Of a DNA stretch of 47,069 nucleotides, positions 10,258 through 19,046 are shown one piece after another. The DNA lies in NCBI GenBank assembly GCA_946647665.1, contig CAMPCW010000003.1, forward strand, positions 1 through 47,069. Reading direction: 5' to 3'. Each line of letters begins with the position of its first letter. Positions within the stretch are counted from its first letter, which is position 1. The translations under genes and the position numbers were made by a program. The notes beneath the pieces are model-generated. The model saw only the letters and a list, made by a program, of their open reading frames with translations, was not told the DNA's origin and did no database searches. Origin of the DNA: an uncultured Bacillales bacterium (lineage in GTDB: Bacteria > Bacillota_I > Bacilli_A > RFN20 > CAG-826).

Positions 10258-11052
10258 ATGGAGCAATATGTCTACCCTTTAATTGGAGTACCTTTAATCT
10301 TTATATGTACGACTTTAGGAGCGGTATTTGTTTTCTTTGTTAGAAAAAAAGATATTTCTCCTAGACTAAATAAAATCTTTATTGGTTTTGCCGCTGGGGT
10401 AATGTTTTCCGCTTCATTTTTCTCATTAATTAAACCAGCTTTAGAGACAAATGTAAGTTATATGCCTACTTGGGTGATAGTGATGATATCTATTGCTTTA
10501 GGAGCAGGTTTCTTATGGCTTATTGATAAAATTGTTCCGCACTTTCATGTTTCGGAAAATTCTAATGAAGGTTTACCAACTAGAAGACTAAGTAAAACAT
10601 CTAAAATGTTTATCGCAGTCACCATCCATAATGTTCCTGAAGGCTTATCGGTTGGCATTGCTTTTGGTGTCGCGTTATCTGAGCCAAATAACACCGCTTT
10701 ATTAATGGGTGCGTTATTACTCTCTATTGGTATCGGCATACAAAATATTCCAGAAGGAGCGGTGGTTTCTTTACCTATTAAAAGTGAAACCGGTTCCTCT
10801 ACTAAAGCATTTATCTTTGGGATGTTATCTGGAATAGTGGAACCAATCGCTGCGGTGATTGGCTTATTTCTTGCAATGCAAATTCAAGGCATTATGCCTT
10901 GGGCTTTGGCCTTCGCTGCTGGATGTATGATTTATGTGGTGACAGAAGAAATGATTCCAGAAATGACTAGTGAAGGTCATGATCATTTCGGAGTGTGGTC
11001 ATTTATTTTAGGCTTCATTATTATGCTAGCCCTTGATTGCATTCAATTTTAA
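10258..11052 (+). CDS. ZIP family metal transporter (ZupT/GufA-like)
   Basis: GFAAGVM, TIHNVPEG, IQNIPEG, SGIVEP, EEMIPE. Confidence 0.92.
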   Translation: MEQYVYPLIGVPLIFICTTLGAVFVFFVRKKDISPRLNKIFIGFAAGVMFSASFFSLIKPALETNVSYMPTWVIVMISIALGAGFLWLIDKIVPHFHVSENSNEGLPTRRLSKTSKMFIAVTIHNVPEGLSVGIAFGVALSEPNNTALLMGALLLSIGIGIQNIPEGAVVSLPIKSETGSSTKAFIFGMLSGIVEPIAAVIGLFLAMQIQGIMPWALAFAAGCMIYVVTEEMIPEMTSEGHDHFGVWSFILGFIIMLALDCIQF

Positions 11053-11074
11053 TCTATATTAAAATATTAAAGTT

Positions 11075-11443
11075 ATGAAACGCTTAGAATCACAAGAAGA
11101 TTATTTAGAAAAAATCTTACAAATTTCTCAAAAGAAAGAATCAGTTCATGCGATTGATATCGCTCGAGAAATGTCTTTTTCTAAACCTTCAGTTTCTGTA
11201 GCGATGAATAAACTAAAAGAATTAGGCTATATCGAGATTAATGATAAGGGTGATATTACCCTTACTGAATCAGGAAAAGAAATTGCACAAAAAACTCTAG
11301 AAAAGCATATTGTTTTAACGAGAATGCTCATGTATTTAGGGGTTAAAGAAGAAGTAGCTGCATTAGATGCATGTCGCATGGAACATGATATCTCTGATGA
11401 GACATGGTCACTAATTAAAAAATACTGGGACGAACATAAATAA
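11075..11443 (+). CDS. DtxR/MntR-family metal-dependent repressor
   Basis: SQEDYLEKI, SKPSVSVAM HTH, DACRMEH. Confidence 0.92.
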   Translation: MKRLESQEDYLEKILQISQKKESVHAIDIAREMSFSKPSVSVAMNKLKELGYIEINDKGDITLTESGKEIAQKTLEKHIVLTRMLMYLGVKEEVAALDACRMEHDISDETWSLIKKYWDEHK

Positions 11444-11478
11444 TTTAAATATTTTATTATTTATAATAAAGAGTTAAG

Positions 11479-11554
11479 AGTTAGTTTATACTAACTTTTT
11501 TCTTTACACGCGAATAAATAGGTATATAATATATTCGGTTAGTCGAAACTAACT
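11479..11554 (+). promoter_or_regulatory. feo promoter flanked by two DtxR-type boxes
   Basis: AGTTAG-tttata-CTAACT (11479-11496); TTTACA (11503) and TATAAT (11525); GGTTAG-tcgaaa-CTAACT (11537-11554). Confidence 0.7.
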
Positions 11555-11573
11555 GTTTTAAGGAGGATATTAT

Positions 11574-11786
11574 ATGCCAATTGCATTAGCACCAATTAAT
11601 CAAGAATTAAAAGTTATTAGAGTTCTTGCTGATGATAAAACCAAAAAGCATTTAGAAAGCTTAGGTATTTTGGTCAATTCCTCTTTAACTATTATCTCTT
11701 CTGTTAATGGTGGCGTAGTGGTCGCTGTTAAAGAAGGTAGACTTGCTTTAGATCGTTCTATAGCAAGTAAAATTCTAGTAGCGTAG
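11574..11786 (+). CDS. feoA: Ferrous iron transport protein A
   Basis: KKHLESLG..GRLALDRSIASKI SH3-like FeoA; AAGGAGG RBS. Confidence 0.85.
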   Translation: MPIALAPINQELKVIRVLADDKTKKHLESLGILVNSSLTIISSVNGGVVVAVKEGRLALDRSIASKILVA

Positions 11787-11800
11787 AAAGGAAGGAATTT

Positions 11801-12043
11801 ATGCTTAAAAAACTAGATGAGTTTCAAGTAGGCGAGACTGGCCTAATTAAAATGGTGGAAGGTGAAGGTAGAATTCGCCGTAGACTATTTGATATGGGTG
11901 TCACTCCCGGAGCGACAGTGTATCTCCGTAAAAAAGCCCCACTCGGTGATCCTTTAGAAGTGACGATTAGAGGATACGAATTAACGCTTCGTAAAAATGA
12001 AGCACATTTCGTCATATTAGAAGTTAAGGAGGACCTAAAATGA
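11801..12043 (+). CDS. feoA: Ferrous iron transport protein A
   Basis: RRRLFDMGVTPG, APLGDP, RGYELTLR. Confidence 0.93.
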   Translation: MLKKLDEFQVGETGLIKMVEGEGRIRRRLFDMGVTPGATVYLRKKAPLGDPLEVTIRGYELTLRKNEAHFVILEVKEDLK

Positions 12044-14394
12044 AAAGATTTGCATTAGCAGGTAATCCTAACTGTGGTAAAACCACGTTATTTAACTCTT
12101 TAACCGGTAGTACCGCTCATGTCGGTAACTGGCCTGGAGTTACTGTTGAAAAGAAAGATGGAGTTTATAAAAAACTTAAAGAACCAATTTCCATTATCGA
12201 TTTACCAGGAATTTATTCTTTATCTCCATATACTCCAGAAGAAGTAGTTTCAAGAAACTATATCTTAGATGAACATCCTGATTGTGTTATCAATATTATT
12301 GACGCCACAAACTTAGAAAGAAATCTATATTTAACTACCCAATTATTAGAAATTAATGTTCCAGTAATTGTTGCTTTAAATATGATGGACGTCCTTGTTA
12401 AAAATGGTGATTCAATTGATGTTGAATCTATTGAAAAGAAATTAGGTGTCCCAGTAGTTTCTATTTCCGCTTTAAAAGAGAATAACTTAGAAGAATTAAT
12501 GTCTAGAGCGTTAGAAGCTTCTAACACTCCTAGAGAAGGAAAAACAATTATCTCTAATAAAGATTTATTACATCTCATTGGCGATGTTCGTATTGCATTT
12601 GAAGGTCAAAAAGTTGAAAATCCTCTTTTCCACGCGATTAAATTAGTCGAAAAAGATGAATTAGAAACCAAAATGCATCCAGATTTAATCCCAATGGTGG
12701 AAGCCTTTAAAAAGACATTTAATGATGAAACATTCGGTAATGACTTTGAAGCGGTAATCGCTGATAGCAGATATCAATTTATTTCTTCTAATTTCCATAA
12801 CTCAGTAAAAAGAAAAGAAGTGGAAATTGTCGAAGACAAAAAACATAAAAAACACAAAGAATCTAAATCAGATCGAATTGATAAAGTTTTAACACATAAA
12901 GTGTTTGGCTTAATCATTTTTGCAGTCATTATGTTCTTTGTTTTCCATTTAACATTCTCTGAAAATTTATTTTTCGTAGGTGCAGCATTTAAAAATAATG
13001 GGATTGCCCCTTCCTTTGAAGGAACAATCTACGAAGGCTTAATATGGACAGATAGTGGAATTAATTCCCCTGGTGTTATTTTATTCAATTTCTTTGATAT
13101 GTCGTTCTCCGCTTTAATCGGAGATGATGTACCAGGAATTGGTATGGGCGTTATCCGTAGCGGCATGATTAACGCTTTCGGTGACGGACACTGGTTTGTT
13201 GGATTTGTGAATGATGGTGTATTAGCGGGTTTATTTGCTATATTAGGCTTCTTACCACAAATATTAGTCTTATTCCTATTCTTCTCTATTATGGAAGATA
13301 CTGGATATATGGCTCGTGTCGCCTTTATTTTAGATAGAATATTCCGTAAATTTGGTTTATCAGGAAGAGCGTTTATCCCGATGATTATGGGATTTGGTTG
13401 CTCAGTCCCAGCAATGGTGAATACCAGAACTTTAGCCGATGATAAAGAAAGAACTGCCACTATTAGAGTTATTCCTTTCTTCTCATGCGGTGCTAAACTT
13501 CCTATTTTAGTAGCGATTGCAGGTGGTATTTTACAAGTATTCCACGCAGGTAATGTAGATGTCATTATTTATAGCATGTACGCTGTTGGTGTTGTGGCGG
13601 CTATTATCTGTGCTTTAATTATGAGACATACTACAATGCGAGGAGAAGCTGCTCCATTTATTATGGAATTACCAGAATATCACTGGCCACAATTTAAAGG
13701 TTTAATGATCCATTTATGGGATAAAACTAAACACTTTGTTAAGAAAGCATTTACCATTATTTTAGCTTCTACAATTGTTATTTGGTTCTTATCTAATTTC
13801 GGTTGGAACTGGCAATATCTCGGTAGCTTTGAAGGGTCAATATTACAAAGTATTGGTCAATTCATTCAACCAATCTTTACTCCACTTGGTTTTGGTTCTC
13901 AACTCAATTCTCTTGGTTGGGTATTTGCGGTTGCCGCTATTACCGGATTAATTGCAAAAGAAAATGTTATTTCTACCTTTGCCGCTTTAGCAGCGATTGT
14001 TGTATCCACTAACCCAGCAATTGTTGCTGAACTTGAAGCCTTAGGTGAAGTTGAAGAAGGTGTCGATAGCGCTTATGCAATGATTGCCGCAACTGGTATA
14101 ACCTGGCAAGGCTGTATTTCCTTTATCGCCTTTAATATGTTAACCATTCCTTGCTTTGCAGCCTGCGCAACAGCGAAAGCAGAATTACCAAAAGGTAAAT
14201 TTAAATGGACATTATTATTCTGGATTGTTGCTAGCTTTGTTGCCTCTTCTGTTATCTATTTGTTCTTAAGCATGTTTGATAGAACAAGTTATATCTGGGC
14301 TATTCCAAGCTTTGCTGGTGCAGCTTTATTAGCCGCTATTGCGATTTATTTAATCGTCAGATATAACAAATCTCACCCAGTTATGAGGGCATAA
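12040..14394 (+). CDS. feoB: Ferrous iron transport protein B
   Basis: GNPNCGKTT, GNWPGVTV, DLPG, NMMD GTPase motifs; GFGCSVP, FIMELP membrane motifs. Confidence 0.96.
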   Translation: MKRFALAGNPNCGKTTLFNSLTGSTAHVGNWPGVTVEKKDGVYKKLKEPISIIDLPGIYSLSPYTPEEVVSRNYILDEHPDCVINIIDATNLERNLYLTTQLLEINVPVIVALNMMDVLVKNGDSIDVESIEKKLGVPVVSISALKENNLEELMSRALEASNTPREGKTIISNKDLLHLIGDVRIAFEGQKVENPLFHAIKLVEKDELETKMHPDLIPMVEAFKKTFNDETFGNDFEAVIADSRYQFISSNFHNSVKRKEVEIVEDKKHKKHKESKSDRIDKVLTHKVFGLIIFAVIMFFVFHLTFSENLFFVGAAFKNNGIAPSFEGTIYEGLIWTDSGINSPGVILFNFFDMSFSALIGDDVPGIGMGVIRSGMINAFGDGHWFVGFVNDGVLAGLFAILGFLPQILVLFLFFSIMEDTGYMARVAFILDRIFRKFGLSGRAFIPMIMGFGCSVPAMVNTRTLADDKERTATIRVIPFFSCGAKLPILVAIAGGILQVFHAGNVDVIIYSMYAVGVVAAIICALIMRHTTMRGEAAPFIMELPEYHWPQFKGLMIHLWDKTKHFVKKAFTIILASTIVIWFLSNFGWNWQYLGSFEGSILQSIGQFIQPIFTPLGFGSQLNSLGWVFAVAAITGLIAKENVISTFAALAAIVVSTNPAIVAELEALGEVEEGVDSAYAMIAATGITWQGCISFIAFNMLTIPCFAACATAKAELPKGKFKWTLLFWIVASFVASSVIYLFLSMFDRTSYIWAIPSFAGAALLAAIAIYLIVRYNKSHPVMRA

Positions 14395-14397
14395 AAT

Positions 14398-14580
14398 ATG
14401 AATACATCCCCTTGGCTTGAAATTATTGTTGGAATTGCGATATTTATCTTCTTTTTAGGATTATTTTTAAGATACCTTTATAAGAAGAAACATCATATCC
14501 ATACTTGCGAATGTGGGATGGTTCATAAAAATAAAGAACAACTATTAAAAGAATATAAAAAACTATATTCCAAAAAATAA
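14398..14580 (+). CDS. FeoB-associated small Cys/His membrane protein
   Basis: Single TM helix then KKKHHIHTCECG; immediately after feoB. Confidence 0.7.
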   Translation: MNTSPWLEIIVGIAIFIFFLGLFLRYLYKKKHHIHTCECGMVHKNKEQLLKEYKKLYSKK

Positions 14581-14584
14581 CATC

Positions 14585-14615
14585 AAAGGCCGCTATTAAA
14601 AAGCGGTCTTTTCTT
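14585..14615 (+). terminator. Terminator of feo operon
   Basis: AAAGGCCGCT/AGCGGTCTTT stem followed by TCTT. Confidence 0.65.
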
Positions 14616-14669
14616 ATGCGCGCTAAAGGTGATAAAATTAACAATAATAAAATAGTTAGGGGTAATCTT

Positions 14670-16196
14670 ATGAAAATCTTGAGACTTATATTTTCTAAAT
14701 GGCTAATTAGTGTTATTTTGCTTTTAGCCCAAGTTGCTGCAATAGTATTAGTGGCCATTTATTTAATTGAATACCTTATCTGGTTCCAAATCGTAAGTGT
14801 AGCGATTGGCGTGATTGTTTTCTTTATCTGCGTTAATCGTAGACAAAACCCAGAATATAAAATCCCATGGTTATTTTTGATTTTATTCTTACCAATTTTT
14901 GGTGTTTTATTCTATTTAATGTTTTCTAGAGTCAATACTTCTAGAAAAATGAGAAAGATATACGCTAAAGCGTATGATGAACTACTCCCTTATGTTAATA
15001 ACATTGATAAGGATATTGAAAAAGCTTATGAATATATGGGCGATAGACAAGGGATTGATAGATACTTAAAAGAGAATTCTGGTTTAGGCCCTCAACAAAA
15101 TAATGAAGTGAAATATTATCCAGTTGGGGAATTAATGTGGAAAGATATGCTTGAAGCATTGGAATCCGCAAAGAAATTCATTTTGATGGAATATTTCATT
15201 GTTGATCCAGGTCATATGTGGGATTCCATTCACGAAATTTTAGTTAGAAAAGCCAAAGAAGGAGTAAGAGTCCACCTTGTCTATGATGATTTAGGCACAA
15301 TGACAATGCTAAAAAGTGGTTATTATAAAAAACTTAGAAAAGAAGGCATTGACGCTCATAAATTTAATCCATTTACTCCAATTGTCTCTGCTGTTTATAA
15401 TAACCGTTCTCACCGTAAGATTATGGTAGTGGATGGTTTAATCGGCTTTACTGGCGGTATCAATTTAGGCGATGAATATATCAATGAAAATGATCGATTA
15501 GGTCACTGGAAAGATACTGGTTTAAGAATGAGAGGGACCGCTGTAAATTCTTTAACCGCTTTGTTCTTTACAGATTTTATTATCGCAAAAAGAGAAATTC
15601 CTGAATTCGAGTTTTACTTTAATAAAAACCCAGAGAAATTTAATGTTCCTGGCACTATTTGTCCTTTTGGAGATGGTCCTAGACCACTCTACTATGAACA
15701 AATTGGTGAAGAAAACTTTATCAATATTGTTGGTCAAGCTAAGAAATATTTCTATATTTCAACCCCTTACTTAATTATTGACCATCACTTTACTCAAGCT
15801 CTTAAAAATGCAGCGATGAGAGGAGTGGATGTGAGGGTCATTACTCCTCATATTCCAGATAAAAAGATTGTCTTCTGTTTAACTCGTAGTTCTTATAAAG
15901 AGTTAAGAAAAGCAGGAGTTAAAGTTTATGAATATACTCCAGGATTTATCCACGCCAAGATGCTTGTTAGCGATGATGATATGGCATTTGTGGGCACTAT
16001 TAATATGGACTTTAGAAGCTTAACTCACCATTTTGAATGTGGTGCAGTACTTTATAAAAACGAATGCATTAAAGACATTTACAACGACTTCCAACATATC
16101 TTTGAAGTCTCTCAAGAAATTGATAACAATTTCAAATTGTCTTTTGGCGCTAAAGTGGCTAAAGTATTGTTAGAAACATTTAGAACTTTATTCTAA
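14670..16196 (+). CDS. cls: Cardiolipin synthase
   Basis: Two HKD motifs (SHRKIMVVDG, IHAKMLVSDD), N-terminal TM helices; start moved to ATG 14670 after AGGGG RBS. Confidence 0.92.
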   Translation: MKILRLIFSKWLISVILLLAQVAAIVLVAIYLIEYLIWFQIVSVAIGVIVFFICVNRRQNPEYKIPWLFLILFLPIFGVLFYLMFSRVNTSRKMRKIYAKAYDELLPYVNNIDKDIEKAYEYMGDRQGIDRYLKENSGLGPQQNNEVKYYPVGELMWKDMLEALESAKKFILMEYFIVDPGHMWDSIHEILVRKAKEGVRVHLVYDDLGTMTMLKSGYYKKLRKEGIDAHKFNPFTPIVSAVYNNRSHRKIMVVDGLIGFTGGINLGDEYINENDRLGHWKDTGLRMRGTAVNSLTALFFTDFIIAKREIPEFEFYFNKNPEKFNVPGTICPFGDGPRPLYYEQIGEENFINIVGQAKKYFYISTPYLIIDHHFTQALKNAAMRGVDVRVITPHIPDKKIVFCLTRSSYKELRKAGVKVYEYTPGFIHAKMLVSDDDMAFVGTINMDFRSLTHHFECGAVLYKNECIKDIYNDFQHIFEVSQEIDNNFKLSFGAKVAKVLLETFRTLF

Positions 16197-16218
16197 ATTA
16201 ATTATTTTTTACATCATT

Positions 16219-17379
16219 ATGAAAATTCAAACTAAATCAAGTGCCCAAAATATTGTTAAGTGCTTATTAATCACATCTGTTGTTTTCTTTCATGCTTCTA
16301 TGTTTTTAGTGGCTAATCCCGCTGAAGTCATGTCGCAATTTAATATTTTATTAACTTTATTCCCATTTTTAATGATGGTGTTCTTTTTCTACGCTGGATA
16401 TAACTACACTCCAGGAAAAAGAACAATTGGACAAAATATCAAGAGAAGAACTTTTCAACTTTTAATTCCAATGGTTATTACTTTTGCTGTAGCTATTGGG
16501 ATTATTTTTGCTATTAAATTACCTACTTCTAGCGATCAGGTGATTGAAATAGAAAAAATGAAAAATAGTATTTTATATTCTTTGATGTCTGAACCATTAT
16601 CCAAAATGATTGGCTTCCCTAGTAATGGCCTATTAAGCTTTGATATGACTTTGGCTCTTGGCATTCTTTGGTTCTTATATGCTTTATATATTTGCTCTAT
16701 ATTCTTCTTTTTAATTGTTGATTATGCGATTAAAAAACCTTCTAGATTGCTTTCAATTATTTTCATTTTATTAATTGGAGCATTCTGTATGGGTCAATTT
16801 GCGGGAGTGTATCTACCTTATACAGTACAGTGCTATCCAGTGGCTTTAGCAATGATGTTACTTGCGGCTTATTTAAAACAATTTAATTTCTTAGATAAGA
16901 AACCAGAAACTAAAAAAGATTTAATATTCTTAATTATCAACACAGTAGTTGCCGAACTAGTGGTTGTGGGCATTGGCTTATTTGGCTATTTTTCTTACGG
17001 CTCTACGATGGTTGGCTCTCTTCCTGGAGGAATGTTTGATAGTAATATCAAAGGGTTTGACGCTTTTGTGTCCTTTATCATGGGCTTTTTAGGAACGTTT
17101 GTTGTCCATCAATTAAGTCGATTAATTATGAAGGTACCTGTTTTATCTACAGTCTTTGACTGGTATGGTAGACACTCTTCATATGTATATTTAGCACATC
17201 CATTATTTTTATCATTTATTCACACAATTATTTTCCAAGGACAAACTAAAGTTGGAGGATTCCAACCATATTTATATGTCTTTATGACTATTGCGATGCT
17301 AGTAGTTATCTTCTTATTTGTTGATTGGCTAATTGCCATTATTAAAAATAAAAAACATCCAGTGGAGGCAGCTAGTTAA
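16219..17379 (+). CDS. Acyltransferase-3 family integral membrane protein
   Basis: About 10 TM segments; K..LITSVVFFH, FFFYAGY, LWFLYALY, GRHSSYVYLAH. Confidence 0.75.
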   Translation: MKIQTKSSAQNIVKCLLITSVVFFHASMFLVANPAEVMSQFNILLTLFPFLMMVFFFYAGYNYTPGKRTIGQNIKRRTFQLLIPMVITFAVAIGIIFAIKLPTSSDQVIEIEKMKNSILYSLMSEPLSKMIGFPSNGLLSFDMTLALGILWFLYALYICSIFFFLIVDYAIKKPSRLLSIIFILLIGAFCMGQFAGVYLPYTVQCYPVALAMMLLAAYLKQFNFLDKKPETKKDLIFLIINTVVAELVVVGIGLFGYFSYGSTMVGSLPGGMFDSNIKGFDAFVSFIMGFLGTFVVHQLSRLIMKVPVLSTVFDWYGRHSSYVYLAHPLFLSFIHTIIFQGQTKVGGFQPYLYVFMTIAMLVVIFLFVDWLIAIIKNKKHPVEAAS

Positions 17380-19025
17380 TGCCTGCTAGTCAAAGACCAA
17401 TTGATAATTATCTTTTTGAAGATGTTTATAAAGTTAGTGAAGATAAACAAAATATCCCTGCTTTAAGTTTTAAAGGTGTTTCTTATACTTTTAAAGAATT
17501 AAACGATAGCGTGAATTATTTTGCTGCTAAATTAATTAAAAAAGGTGTTAAACCTCATGACCATGTCGCTTTACTTGGAATGAACTCTTATAGCTGGGTA
17601 GTGGCATTCTACGCCATTATAAAAGTTGGGGCGGTCGCAGTTTTACTAAATTATATGTCTAGACACGACCCATTAGTAGAAGCGATAAAAAATAGTGACT
17701 GCAAATATTTAGTTGCTGGAGGCTATTTAGCAGCCTCTAGAGAAAAAGGAGAATTCCCTAGATTATTAAAAGAAGTGGGAATTGATCTTGATCATGAATT
17801 ATCGCTTTTAAAAGCTGATTTACAGTTTAAAGATGTTTTAAGTAAGCATAAGAATATCCCTGAAGTTCCAAATGCTTTCTCTAGAGAAATAGATAGTAAA
17901 AGAACTTCTTATATCATTTTTACTACTGGGACAACTTCTAAACCAAAAGCGGCGATGTTATCTCAATTTGGAATGCTTAATACGATATATCATAATTTAT
18001 ATAAGTTAGACCCAGTATTTCCTCAAAAATTTATGTGTCTACTTCCAGCGTTTCACTGCTTTGGTTTATTAGTGATTAATGCTTATTTAGCCTATCAAAG
18101 AACAGTCTATCTTAATGATTTATCTAATCCAGTTCAGTTATATAAAGAATTCTTAAAAAATAAATGTGGAGATTACGCTTCTGTATCGTTTATCTATGAT
18201 AAACTCGCTAGAGCCCCATTTTGGTGGTGGCATAGAGCGAGATTTGTTAAACACTGTATTGTGGGAGGAGGATTTACCTCTGAACAGGAATTTAACTTCT
18301 TAGAAAAGAAATATGGTAAAGGAAAATTCATGAATGGATATGGCCAAACTGAATGCTCCCCATTAATTTCTTTAGTCTATCCTGATTCGCCTAGAGAAAA
18401 ACAAAGATCGACAGTCGGCACTCCAATGGAAGATATAGAAATCGCCATTATGGATGTAAATACTAAAAAGATTATTTCTAATCATGAAAAAGGAGAAATC
18501 CTTGTTAAAGGATATAATGTATTTAACGGCTACTATAAGTTTGATAAAGATAAACAACCATTTGATGAAAATGGCTATTTACACACTGGTGATCTTGGTT
18601 ATATTGACGAAGATGGCTATCTAGTATTAAACGGACGCATTAAAGATATTATTATTCGTAAAGGAGAAAATATTTCTCCTAAAGAAATAGAAGAAGAATT
18701 ATTAAAAATTCCTTTATTTACAAAGGCTAGAGTTTTAGGCTTCCCTTCTATTGATGATGGAGAATTTATGTTAGCGGTGGTGACACTTACTAAAAAACCA
18801 CCTCACTTTGTTGAAGAAACTTATTTAAATGAATTACGTAAAACTCTTCCTTCAATTAAAGTTCCTTCGCACATTATTTATATGAAAAAGTTCCCAACAA
18901 CTGCGAACGGGAAACTTGATGAAGTAAAATTAAGAGAAATATGTCTAAAAAAGGTCTCCTTATTTATTGATAAAAAATTAGCGAGACAAACCGCTCAATT
19001 ACTTCGTAAGACAGGTAAAAAATAG
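17379..19025 (+). CDS. Acyl-CoA synthetase / AMP-binding (ANL family) enzyme
   Basis: YIIFTTGTTSKPK, NGYGQTE, LHTGDLG, GRIKDIIIRKGENI, PTTANGK; TAATG overlap with upstream gene. Confidence 0.9.
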   Translation: MPASQRPIDNYLFEDVYKVSEDKQNIPALSFKGVSYTFKELNDSVNYFAAKLIKKGVKPHDHVALLGMNSYSWVVAFYAIIKVGAVAVLLNYMSRHDPLVEAIKNSDCKYLVAGGYLAASREKGEFPRLLKEVGIDLDHELSLLKADLQFKDVLSKHKNIPEVPNAFSREIDSKRTSYIIFTTGTTSKPKAAMLSQFGMLNTIYHNLYKLDPVFPQKFMCLLPAFHCFGLLVINAYLAYQRTVYLNDLSNPVQLYKEFLKNKCGDYASVSFIYDKLARAPFWWWHRARFVKHCIVGGGFTSEQEFNFLEKKYGKGKFMNGYGQTECSPLISLVYPDSPREKQRSTVGTPMEDIEIAIMDVNTKKIISNHEKGEILVKGYNVFNGYYKFDKDKQPFDENGYLHTGDLGYIDEDGYLVLNGRIKDIIIRKGENISPKEIEEELLKIPLFTKARVLGFPSIDDGEFMLAVVTLTKKPPHFVEETYLNELRKTLPSIKVPSHIIYMKKFPTTANGKLDEVKLREICLKKVSLFIDKKLARQTAQLLRKTGKK

Positions 19026-19046
19026 CACGTCTAATCGTGCTATTTT
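19018..19046. terminator. Bidirectional terminator
   Basis: AAAATAGCACG-tctaat-CGTGCTATTTT between convergent genes. Confidence 0.75.
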
